Below are positions 42,071-57,029 of a stretch of 64,000 nucleotides of DNA, piece by piece (positions within the stretch are counted from its first letter, which is position 1; every line of letters begins with the position of its first letter). Source of the stretch: the human T2T-CHM13v2.0 reference genome, Homo sapiens. Below the pieces are notes generated by a model, which was not told the DNA's origin, did no database searches, and saw only the letters and a list, made by a program, of their open reading frames with translations. The DNA lies in the NCBI RefSeq assembly GCF_009914755.1, contig NC_060944.1. The stretch is one strand, 5' to 3'. Position numbers and translations under genes: made by a program.

Positions 42071-43407
42071 GAAGACACATAGATAGCCAACAAGCACCTG
42101 AATCATTAGTCATTAGGGAAATGCACATTAAAACCACAATGAGATCCCATTTTACTCTCATTAGAAGGGTTAAAATTTAAAAGACTGACAATACCAAATA
42201 TTGGTGAGGATGTAGAGTAACTGGAACTCTCATACATCCTTGTTCAGAGTGGACTATGATGTTGAAAATACATAAATAAAAACATACACAACCAAGTCCC
42301 TTCCTAGGTCATTTACCCAAGAGAAATGAAAGCATTTGCTCACAGAAGGACTTGAGTAGGAATGTGCATAGTAGCCTTATCCATAAACCTAAGCCCCGGG
42401 AACAGACCAAATTTCTATCAATGGTAAATAAACAATTGTTATATTCATGCAATTGAATAGTAGTGCTCAGCAATAATTAGGAATGCATTACTGAATAACA
42501 CCATAGCAGTGACAGATCTCAAAAATAACATGCTGAGCAAAAACAGCCAGACCCAGAAGGGTACACACTGTATTAATTCCATTCTATAAAGTTCTAGAAC
42601 AGGGAAGATTAATCAACCGTGATAGAAATCAGAACAGCGCTGCCTCCGTGTGTGGGCTTGAGGAGGCGGCCTTGGCTGAAGGGACATGGGGAACGTTCAA
42701 GAGTGAAGAAAGTGCTCTGTCTTGAGTGGTGGTTACGTGGGTATATGCGATTGTCAAAAATCACTGAACACCTACAATCTATGCAATCTACTTTATCTTA
42801 ATTATACCTCCATAAAAAATATATATATATGTCACAAAGAGAGGCAGAGAGGGAAAAGAGCATGTGAAAAAATCCACTTTCTAACCCACACCCCATACCC
42901 ACTCCCAAGCCCTGCAAAATGAGCAAAGCGAATTTACATTCTGTGCCCTGAGCTGGCAGGGCTTTGTGTGAAATTGCTTTACGTGTTTTCTGAAATACAC
43001 GGAGCAGAGAGGCCCATCTGCTGGGCAGGGAGAAAGCCATAGTGGCTTGGGCAGAGCTACCTGGAGACATGGCTGGAGAGGTTCTGTTAAGTTCTCACAG
43101 GACCAGGTGTGTGCCTGTGGACATCTCCTGTCTCATTGCAGCCTTTTTCTCCCCACTGGGCAGTGTGGAAATACAGCCTGGAGACCGTCACCATGTGCTG
43201 AGCCCCGGCAAACATTGCCTGGTTCCGTCTTTATAGGACAGAGACTGACAAGTAAATTGGGCTTTCAGAGCACAAAGGGGGGCACCCCGTACCGTGTGGG
43301 GTCAGGGAATGCTTCCTCCTTGAGGAGCCATCTAAACAGGGGCCTTGGATGAGGAGGGGTTAGCCAAGCCACTGAAGGATGGGGAGGGGTGGGCTCCAGA
43401 TATGCAC

Positions 43408-43880
43408 CTCTCAAAGTCCGCCCCACATCAGAATCACTGGGAGACCTCGGAAAGCCTCCATGCCCAGGCCACATCCTGACAACCAAATCAGAGTCTCCAG
43501 GATGGGACCAGGACATCAGTATTTTTTTTTTTTTCCTGAAATGGCATCTAACTTTGTCACCCAAGCTGGAGTGCAGTGGTGCAATCTTGGCTCACTGCAG
43601 CCTCAACCTCCTGGGTCCAAGCAATCTGCCCACCTCAGGCCCCCAAGTAGCTGAGACTACAGGCATGCACCAGCATGCCTGGCTAATTGTTTTTGTAGAG
43701 ATGGGTTTTCACCATGTTAGTCAGGCTGGTCTCCAACTCCTGAGCTCAAGCGATCGTCCGGCCTCAGCCTCTCAAAGCACTGAGATTATAGACGTGAGCC
43801 ACCGAGCTTGGCTGGGCATCAGTATTTTTTAATACAACTCCCGGGTAATTCTAACATACAGTCAAGTTTGAGATGCTCTG
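43408..43880. mobile_element. MER5A-like MITE interrupted by a minus-strand AluJ (43522-43817)
   Basis: catcagaatcactggg...aaatcagagtctccaggatggg; Alu TSD catcagtattttt. Confidence 0.8.
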
Positions 43881-43987
43881 GGCAGAGGTGACAGTGTGCA
43901 AAAGCCAAAATGTCAGAGAAAGATCCCAATGCATTTGGGAACTGAGGAGCAGACAGGAAGGGAAGCCAACAAATGCAGTTGAGGAAG

Positions 43988-44454
43988 TGTAGTGGGTTAC
44001 ACATAGTACCCCCTACCCGACTCCTCCTCCCTGCAAACTTCACATCCACCCACAACCTCAGAACGTACCTTATTTGGAACCAGGGTCTTCACATATATAA
44101 TTAAGGTAAGAATGGAGATGAGATCACCCTGGATTAGGTCTAAACCCAATAAGTGCATCCTCGTAAGCAACAGAAAAAGATACACACAGAGACCCAGAGA
44201 AGGCCATGTGCAGACAGAGGCAGAGACTGGAGCAATGCAGCCACAAGCCAAGGAAGGCCAGGGAGACCAGCAGGCACCAAAAGCTGGCGGGGATGGCACC
44301 GGCGGTTTCTCCCCTGAGTCTCCAGCAGGAACCAACCCTGCTGACACCTTGATTTCAGACTTCTGGCCTCCAGAACAGTGAGAGAACACATTTCTGTTGT
44401 TTCAAGCCACCTGGTTTGCAGTAATTGATTATGACAGCCTAGGAAACTAACATA
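43988..44454 (+). mobile_element. MLT1 (MaLR) solo LTR, MLT1C-like
   Basis: tgtagtggg start; gacaccttgatttcagacttctggcctccagaac...ctaggaaactaa end. Confidence 0.88.
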
Positions 44455-46299
44455 AGAGGGAAGCAGGCGCCAGCTCTACCCCTGCAGGGAAAGTGGAGTT
44501 GAAGCTGACAACACCGAGGAGGCTGGGCTCAGGCGGGAATGAGGCTGAGCAGGAGGAGAGGGGAACTGCTCCGTGCCAAGTGGAGAAGGGAGGGCAGGCC
44601 CTTGCAGCTGCTGTCTATCATGGGTAGGCTTGTTGTTGGGGAAGACGGGGGTGATCCCTCTGACCTCTTCCATACTCCAGAGAAGTGGGAGGTGGGGTTA
44701 TCTACATGGAGTGGGAAGGGGTGGGGGCAGCATTCAGAGGCTGGGAGACTGGAGAAGGGTCAGGTCAGTCTTCCTGAGAATAAGGAAAGGAGCAGTCGGG
44801 GAAGCTGGAAGGATCTCCTCGGCAATGCTGAAGCCCTAGTGGAAACAGAAGACTGGAAACACAAGAGTGCCAGTCTGTGCAAAAGTGAGATTGCAGCTCT
44901 GACCAGCTGGCATGCAAATAAACATAAGGCACCTGCACTCCTAGGAAATCACTCCACCTTCCAAAGAGCTGCCTCTGGTAGTTTGTTCATGTTGTTTCTG
45001 CTAGCATCGAAGAACTTACCCTTGATCCCTAAGACAGTACATAAAAGGCATCTCCAAAGTAAATAAATTAGCCTTGCAAATAAGTACTAGCCCACGAAGT
45101 GTTTTTCTCACCAACTCACTCTCCCTGTCATTGGAGACTCTGGCTTAGTCAGTATACACTGTCTAAGGGTATACTGTCATTAGTAACAATGTATTTTACA
45201 ATACTCTGCCAGCGCGTGTTACGGACTAATTGCTAACATGTATTTACTGACTACCTCCCTGTGGATTATACAGTAAGTAGTCAATACATATTTATGGACC
45301 TACTAGGCACTGGTCTAGGGAAACAGAACAAAGAAGTAAATAAAAATGACAGAAAATTATTAGTGAGAACTAGAGTGGCCAACTGGTAGCTCAGCTTGGT
45401 ATTGCAAGAGAGGGTGGGTTATGGGAACCAAAAGAAGAAAGGATTTCATAGAACCAGAAAGTTGAAGACTGGCTTTCCTACCTACCAAGTAAAAACAGGT
45501 GAATCACCTTACCAAGAAGTCTCAGTTTCCTTCTCTGTCAAAAGAAGGCAGGTGAATCAGGCAAATGCCTTTTTAAAAAGAAAAGAAAACAATTTTCAAT
45601 GTTCAAACAGCTTTCTAACACCCTGAAGATCTTGCTGGAGGTACATGTGGTTAAGCGATGATCCTCAAAGTCTTAGATCGACATAAGATAAGTTGCCTTG
45701 AGAAACCCAAAGAGAGGGAGGATCAGGGGCTCCTGTCCCCACCTTGCTACAAACCCCAGTCCCATCCTGGAACATGAGTCATTTGCCAGAAAGGGGAGAC
45801 CTTATCTGCTCACAATCCCCCAAATCGCTGCAAGTTTCCTTCCAAAAACATCTTGAGAGGTTCAAAACCAAGACCTTGGTGGGGCAGCCACCATGACCAG
45901 CATTTGATGGACAGGAGTGGGGTCTACTGAGCTGAGCAGGAGAATTCCAATATTTCTAGTAATGGGGTTTTCAACATGTTTTCCCTTGGTATCTACTATT
46001 GGGTCTTTCTCTTCTAAGATCAGAATACAAGCTCACCACCAATTCAGACTGATCCACGTCTTGACTCAAAAGGCTGAAAGAAATTAGAGTGACTCTTCAT
46101 TCATTTCCAAAGACCAACCAAGACCAAGTTCTGGCTGCTCTCCCAAAGAAAGGACCATCCTCTCTCCTTCCTGACTTTTCACCATGAAGGCTAGGCTTTC
46201 CCAACCTCTTCTGCAGAAAATACGCTTTCCCTTTGCATGTTAGTCTTCAGACTATCTCTGATTAACAGAAGCTATCTGCAGATATTTTCTGACCGCAGA

Positions 46300-46960
<661 letters not shown>

Positions 46961-47070
46961 TTATGGTAAAATGTCCAGCAAAAAGGAAAAAAAATCCTGA
47001 ACCATAATTTAATATGGAACATGATTAGAACAGCATGAAACCAAATGTTCTTAGAAGAAAGAGACTTTAA

Positions 47071-47417
<347 letters not shown>

Positions 47418-48476
47418 TCTTCTTCATGCTTTCTAAAATAACTTCTAAACTTTCAAACACTGAGCAGATAATAAGTGTTGTCACATCTAATTGCAGAGAT
47501 TAACTACAAAACTGTGTTAATGTATAAGTAGACTTTAAACTTAGGTATAAAGTACGTAAGAATGAGCTCAAAGCTACTTTTTGTTTTGAAACCTGGTAGA
47601 AATGTGCCAGGTTTCTGCTCAGTGTCCTTCCAAATGGCAGATCCTGGTCACTTCGTATCAGACTCCGAAAATCTTCTGCAATGATACAACCATCTGTCTG
47701 GGTGTCCTTATCCTCTCCAGACCGTAAGCTCATTAAGGCCAGAGAAAGTGTCCTGCTCATCTATGGATCCCCAACCCCTGGCATAGTGCAGGATAAAAAA
47801 CAGACCTCAGTCAACATGCAGAGATGGGTGCGGGGACAGGGTGGGGGACAGGGCATGGGTGGGGGACAGGGCATGCCTCCCACGTGCAAAAGCCCCAGTT
47901 CCAATCCCAACCCTGCCACTCTTTGGTTGTGTGCACAGTTTACCCCCTTGTGACTCCACCTTCTCATCTGTGAAATGGGCACACTGACACCAGCTAGCTC
48001 CCGGGACTGCTGTGAATACTCATGCGGAGCACTTCACACTGTGACCAGCAGAGTCAAAGCTCAATGAGTGAGAGCTGCTGTGGTTTGTTATTGTTATTGA
48101 AAGGATAAAGAAGGAAAAGAAAAAAGGGCACCATGCACAGCAAACTCACTCCAAATGCATCTATCCTTTAAGACCAGAATGATATTTACACATTTCAAGT
48201 CTTCTGAATGAAGCTTTAGGCTACTTATTGGCCCTATTATTTTTAAATTTCCTGTGAGGCCACAAAACCTTCCAGAAGTCAATAGAAGCAGCAAGAGAAC
48301 ACTGCAATGTGCTCTGTCTCTGTCCCCTCTGGTCATCTTGGGCCAGTGTAACCCTGTGGGTCCCACACATTCCCGCAGGCCACCCCGGGTACCTCGCCCA
48401 GAATACACTGCTCCCGGGGGAAGCCCACGTGCCCTACGCTTTCTGAAGAAAGACCGGGCCCCAGGGCCCAACTTAC

Positions 48477-48649
48477 AGCACTCGATGGGGTTAGATGCAG
48501 TCTGTAAAGAGACGATTCTGCCACTGGACTCTGGGATGTGAACTCGGAAAACCAGTCTCACCCGCGTGTTCTTTCTTCCAATGTCCGTCTCGCCTTTCCG
48601 CAGCTCAATGTCGGCGTTTCTAAGCTTCAAGATCCCCGCACAGTCGATG
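48477..48649 (-). CDS. NFATC2: NFATC2 coding exon (exon 5, 173 nt): [57 protein letters not shown](S)
   Basis: Acceptor cctggcag|CATC, donor TGCT|gtaagt; completes the split Thr codon AC|C from exon 4; phase 2-1. Confidence 0.97.
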
Positions 48650-48914
48650 CTGCCAGGATGTTAAGAACCCCATTGTCACCAACTACCTTCAGGAGCAGGA
48701 AAGATCACCCCCAAAGCTGCCAGTCTACAGCCAGTCACTGGGGGAAACTGCAATACACTCACATAAGCATTTCAGCCAGGAATGTATACCAAGATGGGGG
48801 TAAAAAATACTTAACAAAAGCAATTAGAGAAATTCCCCAGTGAAAATTACTTGTCTAGGGAGATTTTTCATGCCAACTCTTCTACTCTCAAAAACATCTG
48901 AAAAACTCTATGTA

Positions 48915-49245
48915 ACTGGGGACTATTGATTGTGGACTATTCAATAGATAAGAGTAGTGAATCAACGTGAAATCTCTTGAATTGAATAAATGTACTGTGA
49001 TTGTGTATGAGAGCATCCTTGCTCTTAGGAAATGCATCCTGAAGTATTTAAAAGTAAAAGGGCATAAAGTCTGCAAATACCTCTCAAACAGTTCAGGAAA
49101 AAACGGAGAGGTGGGAAAGAAAGTGCTGGAGCACAGGTGAAGCATGTTAACGCCTGGGAAAGCCGAGGCGGCAGGATTCAGGAGTTCTTTGTACACTTCT
49201 TGCAGTATTTCTGTAAGTTTGAATTTATTTTCCCATCCAAAGGTT
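48915..49245 (+). mobile_element. L1MC-type 3' UTR fragment
   Basis: catccttgctcttaggaaatgcatcctgaagtattta...ttctgtaagtttgaattt. Confidence 0.7.
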
Positions 49246-49459
49246 TTTTTAACCCCAAAATGTGTGCAATGGTTCCCAGATTTTAGCCACAGCCATATTA
49301 GCTTTGTGAATTTGGGCCTCTCTGCATCATCACTTAATGATCTCTCTAGGTCAAATTAATTTTTTAAATATAAGTAAATTTAACCTGATCCCATGCAACA
49401 TAACACAAATATTCACGAGTTCTTCCTCCCGAGGCACATGAAAATACTGACATATTATA

Positions 49460-49765
49460 CTTTATTTATTTTTTTTTTTTTTTGAGACAGAGTCTCACTC
49501 TGTCACCCAGGCTGGAGTGCAGTAGTGTGATCTCGGCTCACAGCAACCTGCCCGCATCAAGTTCAAGCAATTCTCCTGCCTCAGCCTCCAGAGTATCTGG
49601 GATTACAGGCGCCCGCCACCATACCCAGCTAATTTTTGTATGTTTAATAGAGATGGGGTTTCACCATGCTGGCCAGGCTGGTCTTGAATTCCTGATCTCA
49701 AGTGATCCACCCGCCTCAGCCTTCCAAAGCGCTAGGATTACAGGCGCGAGCCACCACGCCCGGCC
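49460..49765 (-). mobile_element. Alu (AluS-type) in intron 4
   Basis: Reverse dimer; TSD acatattatrcttt. Confidence 0.95.
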
Positions 49766-49954
49766 TACATATTATGCTTTTAAAATGGAAACATTTAAAA
49801 CAGAAATCACAACGGGTCGATGGATCACAGACTGAGAACTGCCATCAACAGCTGCTTCCATCAGTTCTGTAGAGTCCCCTCTCCCAAATCCCTGCCACCT
49901 GCCCCCTGCTCGCTTCTCCATGAAGACCCGCCGCCCTCAGCTCCCAGCCCTTAC

Positions 49955-50157
49955 GTTGCCCTCATGTTGTTTTTGGGCTCCAAGGGTATCTCCAGGACTT
50001 TGGTGTTGCCCACTATCTTCTCATAGCTGGTGGTGGTGACAGTTTTCCCCGTGATTCGGTGCACCTGGTAGAAGGCGTGCGGCTTAAGGATCCGCTCATC
50101 AGCTGTCCCAATGAAGATCTGAAGTCCCAGAGGCTTGTTTTCCATGTAGCCATGGAG
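49955..50157 (-). CDS. NFATC2: NFATC2 coding exon (conventional exon 4, 203 nt), RHD N-terminal subdomain [67 protein letters not shown](T)
   Basis: Acceptor tctcccccaccag|CTC, donor GCAAC|gtaagg; peptide is the recognisable NFAT RHD; phase 0-2. Confidence 0.97.
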
Positions 50158-50574
50158 CTGGTGGGGGAGAAAACAAAATCATTAAGGTGCGGGGTGTGGT
50201 GGCTCTAATCCAATAAACAAAAAAAGACCAGAGAGCTCATGGGCAGTAGAGAGACTATGGGATTTCTGCAGCATCTGGAAGAATGGAGAACTGGAAACAA
50301 CCTTGATGTCCAGCCAGAGGGTAACGCTTGGATAAATTACAGGGATCCCCTCTAATGCTGAATATTAAGCAGCCACTAGAAAGAATACAGTAAGTCAGAA
50401 CTGCATTTATGGAGAAACAGCCAGAAACTGTGCTTAATTGATGACTGAGGGTGGAAGGAGTGTTGCATAGTAGTGAGGATAACTGAAATTAACTGCAAAT
50501 AAACTGAAAGGACAAACATAGAGCTCTTGATAGTGATTGCCTGAGAAGATCAGAAGAAAGAACTGTCACTTCTT

Positions 50575-50780
50575 TTTTTTTTTTTTTTTATACTTTAAGT
50601 TTTAGGGTACATGTGCACAACGTGCAGGTTAGTTATATATGTATACATGTGCCATGTTGGTGTGCTGCACCCATTAACTCATCATTTAACATTAGGTATA
50701 TCTCCTAATGCTATCCCTCCCCCCTCCCCCCACCCCACAACAGGCCCCAGTGTGTGATGTTCCCCTTCCTGTGTCCATGT
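50575..50780 (-). mobile_element. Young L1PA 3' end, 5'-truncated (about 205 bp)
   Basis: tatactttaagttttagggtacatgtgcacaacgtgcagg...; perfect 16-bp TSD agaactgtcacttctt (50559, 50781). Confidence 0.93.
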
Positions 50781-51987
50781 AGAACTGTCACTTCTTATAT
50801 GACTATATTCCAATGAACAAAGTTTGATTGTGTAACTTTAAAAAAGAGTGTGACAAAAATGCCATAGTCTAAGTCAAAAGATAAAGACTGAAAGAAAATA
50901 TGTGCAACATATAACAGATAAAAGATTAGCACATAGAATATATGAAGAATGCCTATAGTGAGTAAGTAAAAGATTCCCTGGCCATCTATTTAGAATTGAA
51001 TCCTAATCCCAATGGCTTTCCCTATCTCTCTCTCCTACTTTTTATCCAGTCCAACACACTATACATTTTCTTGATTCCTTTTGCCTAAGTCTTTCTCCCA
51101 GAACTAAACTGTCACCTCTCTGAGAGCAGAGATGTTTGTCTAGTTAATTTGCCACAAAATCTCTAGCACCTAGAGTAACGCTTGGCACATAGTAGGCATT
51201 CTAGTACATATTTGATGAGTGAATTAATAAGGCTATCCAACAGAAAAAAAGTGAGTAAGATATTTGAACAGGAAATTCAGAGAAAACAAATGACCAGTTT
51301 GACTTCTAAACAAACATGCAAATTAGACAGCCATGAGATACCACTTTTCACCTGTTAGATTGGCACACATGTAGATATTTGATAATATCAAGTATTTTGG
51401 AGATTGTGGGGGAACAGGCACTTTTATGCAGGTAAGAGCAATATAGACTGGTATAACTATTTTAAAGAGTATCAGAGCAACAGCTTTAGTAAAACTACAT
51501 AAATAAACACTCTTTGACCCAGTAATTCCACCTCTCCATACGCAGCCTGGAGAAACACTGTATATGCAGGAGACACGTACAAAAATGTTTACAAAAACAA
51601 ACAGAATAATGAACAATGAGTTACATCAATAGCCTGACTACTAACAGGACATGCCTAGGCTGTGATACACTAAGAAGCACTTTAAAAAATAGTAAGGTAG
51701 AAGCCTATGAACCGACCCAGAAAGATCTAGGACACGCTGTTGAAAAACAAAAGCAATGTGTAGAAAAATACATACAGCATGATACAACTTAAAAAAATGC
51801 AGAATGTTTTCCATCCATCCAGTTATAATAGAAAAAGGTGTGAAAGGATGTGCTCCAAACTGACCACATCATCACCTCTGTGAATGGAGAAGAAGCTCAA
51901 GATTGAGAAGGTGATCAAAGAGGACTTTGACTTTATATGCCATGTTATAGGAAGGATAGATTCCTAGAAACCTGTGAAATATTTAAA

Positions 51988-52022
51988 ATATATATATATA
52001 CACATATATATATACATATGTG

Positions 52023-52072
<50 letters not shown>
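51988..52072. repeat. (TA)n/(TG)n microsatellite
   Basis: Seen directly. Confidence 0.95.
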
Positions 52073-52077
<5 letters not shown>

Positions 52078-52323
52078 ACAAGAGACAAAAGGACATTGGT
52101 CTAGAGTTTGATGATGTGTTCCTGTCTTGTCATTGAGTGGAGAAACACTAGACAAATCATTTAATCTTTCTGTGCCTCTATTCCTTTCTCCACTAATTGA
52201 GTGGGACTACAGGTGACAACTCACGAAGACCCCACTCTTCTCTGGAGATCCTTCGGTAGGATCTCCAGTCACCTGCCAAAAGGCAAAGTTGCAGGGTGAT
52301 GAATGGTTACATATGGTCTAGAA

Positions 52324-52523
52324 TTGTGCAATCTAATGCAAGAGCCACTAACCACATGTATATATTAATTAAAATTAAGTAAAATTGAAAATTCAGTTTT
52401 TCAGGTACACTAGCCACATTTCAGTGCTCAGAAGCCACATGTGGCTAGTGGCAGCCACAATGAACAAACAGCACAGACACAGAATGTTTCCATCATCACA
52501 GAAAGTCCTATTGAACAATGCTG
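52324..52523. mobile_element. MER3-like hAT MITE
   Basis: cactagccacatttcagtgctc...ttccatcatcacagaaagtcctattg; 8-bp TSD gtctagaa on both sides. Confidence 0.85.
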
Positions 52524-53451
52524 GTCTAGAAAGATGGCATGCTCATGTCCCCTTCTAAAAGCCATACAAAGAGAGAGGCTGGGAGTGGAACTGTGCTAGA
52601 TGATCACCTTTTTTCATAACCTGCCAGACACTTACATAAGTGTCTGACACACACCTGAGAGGCGGCCTTGGGCCAAGATGGAAATCCAAGTCAGAAGCCT
52701 CTTATCTGAAGAACAGCTACTGTACTCAGTGACGAAAATCAAAATAAGGGCAGCATTGAGAAGAGATTTTGTTTTTGTTGTTTTTGCTTTGCATTTGAGC
52801 CCAAGACAAATATATTTCCTCATCTCCTCTCCTGGATTTATCAAGAGTTGGTATCAAGAAGAAAGGTAGGATGGAGAGTGAGCCCTGATGATGTGGAGCT
52901 GTTTCCTCCTCAATGAAAGAAGAGCAGAAATCGCCTGCTGGGTGTACTCAAGGTAAACAGGCAGGGAACACCTGGAGATAAAAATCTATCGTGTCCCTAC
53001 AGCTCCATGTGAATCCAGCCATTTCCATCCCCGCTCTTGTTGGCACACCTGCCCAAGCCACCATCAACCCTTATTAGAGTGACCAGCACTGATTGCCCAG
53101 CTTACCTCTGGCTGGTCTTTCACAGAACAGCTCGATGATCTTTTAAAAATGCAAATCAGATCCAGATACTCCCCTGCCTACAACCCTTCAAAGACTTCCT
53201 GTGGCCTTATATTAAAATCCAAACTCTGTGTGATAGTCTAAGAGCCTTCCCACAGCCCAGCCTCTGCCTTCTCCTCCACCACCCCACTAGGCTCCTGCCA
53301 ACACCAGCCATCCTCCTGTTCCCTGAACACACCAAGGTCTTTCTGACCTCAGGGCCTTTGCACAAGCCATTTTCTCCACCTAGAATCCTCTTCCACTAGC
53401 ACATTTGGGTTTCAGATCTTCAGGTTTTTCCTGAACCAGATTAGATGCATT

Positions 53452-53657
53452 CAGTGCTAAAGCCAGCTCTTTAGGCATTACAAGAACCAATCGTTAAACC
53501 TATAGGAATTTTAAGAGCCAGTTGACACCACTTTGGTATGTACGTTTCCAGCCGTAGTGGGAATATTTACACCACAAAAATTGACAAATGCTATAGATCA
53601 GGGCTTTTTTTTTCCCCCTGGAAAACTGGATGTTAAACGTTTACTAGCACATCACTG
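53452..53657. mobile_element. MER63-like hAT element
   Basis: gtgggaatatttacaccac...aaatgctatagatcagggctttttt...cacatcactg. Confidence 0.7.
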
Positions 53658-53826
53658 GAATATTTACTTCATTAACATCTGAAATTTCCTTGTTTAGTTA
53701 GTTATTTGCTGAACACCTCTCTCTCCTGCCTGAACGTGAGTTTCACAGCAGTAGGGACCTTGCTATTTTGTTAGCATGGTCAATGAACATTTGTTGAATA
53801 ATCTGTCACCATCAACAGTAATACAG

Positions 53827-54130
53827 TGCCAGGCATGGTGGCTCATGCCTGTAATCCCAGCACATTGGGAGGCCAAGGTGGGTAGATCTCTCGAGCCCAG
53901 AAGCTCAAGACAAGCGTGGACAACATGGCCTGACCCGTCTCCACCAAAAAAATGCAAAAATTAGCCAGGCATAGTGTCGCACGTCCGTAGTCTCAGCTGC
54001 TTTGTGGGGCTGAAGTGAGAGGATCAGTTGAGTCCAGGAGGTTGAGGCTACAGTGAGCCACAATCGTGCCACTGCACTCCAGCCTGGGTAGCAGAGCATG
54101 ACCCTGTCTCAAACAAATAAACCAACAAAA
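53827..54130 (+). mobile_element. Alu (AluJ-type)
   Basis: Diverged dimer; TSD aacagtaatrcag. Confidence 0.92.
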
Positions 54131-54480
54131 AACAGTAATGCAGCAGTGAAAGCATCTGTTTCCCTCATGCCACACACCACACTTGATGTTTTACACATCT
54201 CACAACAATTCCACGTAAGATGGGCTCACTGCTACCCACATTTTACAGGTGAGGAAACTGAGGCTGCTAAGGTCTGGCAACTTGTCCCAGTCAACACAGT
54301 GAGCATAGGGCAGAGCCAGGCTCCAAACTCCAGCCTCTCAGGCTCCGAACCCACCCGCTTCCCTGCCACCCTCTCTCTGTCCTCAGCGCTTGGTGGATTC
54401 CACTCTGCTCTCTGATTACTACAGGTCAGAAAGGGCAGGTCCTCAAAGGCAAAATAAGCAAGTGCTAAGGTGCAACATCA

Positions 54481-54800
<320 letters not shown>

Positions 54801-57029
54801 GAATGTGCTTCCTGCCGCACAGGAGAGAGAGTGGGGCAGGAAGGAGGGAGAAAAGAAGGGGCACAGAGGGAGATGGAGGGAGAGAAACAAACAGCAACCT
54901 AAACAAACAAAAACGGTAGTTCCTTGAGAGAAAAACCTCTTTAGGAAAGCCAAGAATGGCCTCTCTGAGTTGAAGAGCAGCCTCTGGGTTGAGCTGGGCT
55001 GGCTTATACAATGTGAGCAGATAGAATCCACCTGGCACTGGTGAGGGTCCCTTCCCCGCCTCCCCGGGTAACACCAGAAAGCAGTGTGGTATAGCTGAAA
55101 GCACAAAGTTTTTCACTTTGGGTCAGACATATCTGAATTTCGATGCCAGCTCTGCTTCTTGATGGCTGTGTGACTGTGAGCAATCGCTCCACCCCTGAGT
55201 TTCCATATGCTCAGATAAAAAGGAGACATCACCCCCCACCCTGCAGGCCTCTTCTGAAAGGCGAAATAAGGTGACCTTTGTTGGGCACCAAAGCACAGCA
55301 CACGGTAGGTACCCATGAAACGAGAACTTTCCTTGTCATCGGAGGATGACGCAAATCGAAACAGGGAGGTGATATTACAGAACTGAATGGAAGGGTGAAG
55401 AATGAATGTGAACAAAGTGAGAACCAACGTGAAGGCCTCCCATATGGGAAAGCCCAGGCACTAATTGCAGTCTTCTCAGTGGGCTGGCTCAACAGTTGCC
55501 GGCTTGGAGTGTCAGAGGAAAGAGGGGCCAGGTGAAGAAACCTCACCATCTTTCATGAAAGGAATACTTCCCGTCCACCCTCCATCCTCCCCTCCTACAA
55601 AAGGTACAGAATGTGCCCAGAATCCCAACTGCTCAGCTGCCTCATTCTGGAAGAGCCTTCCTCGCCAGGTCCCTGGAGGTTTGATGAGAAGAACAGATAG
55701 CCATTTACTTGCTTCTCCAAAAACTCAGTGATTTGGGTTTTGCAAATAGAACTTGATGTTTTGAGATGACATGATCTACCCTTCAGGTTCCAAACTCCCC
55801 ACCATCCCCATTTTCGGGAGACCTCGGTCAGGAGGCTTTGGGGCGGCCTTTTCAGGCTTCTCCAAAGGTGAGGTCTTCTCGGTGGCCTGGACCAGCCGGA
55901 TCACACTCCAGGCACAGCAGACACATTCTGCAATACAGGAGCTCCACGTCACTGGCCTCCCGAGCAAAGGAAACGCCACTTCCTGCAGCCAAGGTGAGAG
56001 CGAAAGTTTTCTGCTTCTTGTAATTTCCCAGGCAGTTGAAAAGGTTCCAGGAAGAAGCAGTGCTTCTAGTGCACACCGTGAAGGGCTGAATGCACGGGAG
56101 GGGAGTGTCTGTGGCGTCTGCGGGGGTGGGGGCCCAGGCTGCAGCTTGGTGCGACTTCCATCCACCAACCTTCCCATCAAAGGGACCCAAGAAGCCAACT
56201 GCAGGCTTGGGGGCATCATTCTATTAATAATCCACTCTGTCCCCTTGTCAACTCAGCTACTTGAAAAACCGGATCTGAGGAATGACGTGTGATTTAGACA
56301 TCCCGCCACAGTTAGCTATATAAATGACGCCATCCAACCTCATCACAAGGAAAACTTTGCACCCTCCATAGGTGAAGACCTTTCTACACAGTGTATTGGG
56401 ATCGCTTGCAAACATAGCTAATGTAATCTCCATAACAATGCTCAGAGAAGAGCAGTGTTATCCCATTTTTAGATGAGAACGGTGAGGCTCAACCAGGTTA
56501 ACTAACTTGCTCACTATCCTACAGGTCATAAGTGATCAGGTGGCAACAGCCTCCACTGGCCCTGTTTGTTTCTTCTGTTGTATGGCTGATTCCTGATTCA
56601 GAAAAAGGCAAAATCCCCCCACCCCCAGCCCCCCAAGTCTGGCCTATGCATTTTAAGACAGGCAAATCCACCTCACCAGCTCAGCAATAAGAACCCAGAG
56701 ACACACAAACATGGCCTCCACGTGTCAAAGACCCTCAGCGTCAAAGAGAAAGTTATTCAGACTCACCCCTGCCTGCCACCAAATTCAAGATCTGCCTATT
56801 TTTAGTGGCAACTTAACTGTCCTGATACAAAGATAAAAAGGCATCAATATCTGTTGATTCTTGCTGTTCCTTTTTTTTTTTGGTGTAAAGTACTAAGAGC
56901 TCACTCATTGCAGGAAAAAATAGACAAGATAAATCACAAAAAGAATACCCCTTGAAAATAAGTAAGCATTTGAGTGTACATCCTTCCAAACTTTTCTTTC
57001 ATTCCAAACTGTTTTATTATTCATTTTAT

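Noticed and set aside
48094-48630. 178-aa ORF extending exon 5
   Set aside because: NFAT similarity ends at the strong donor at 48477; the rest is intron.
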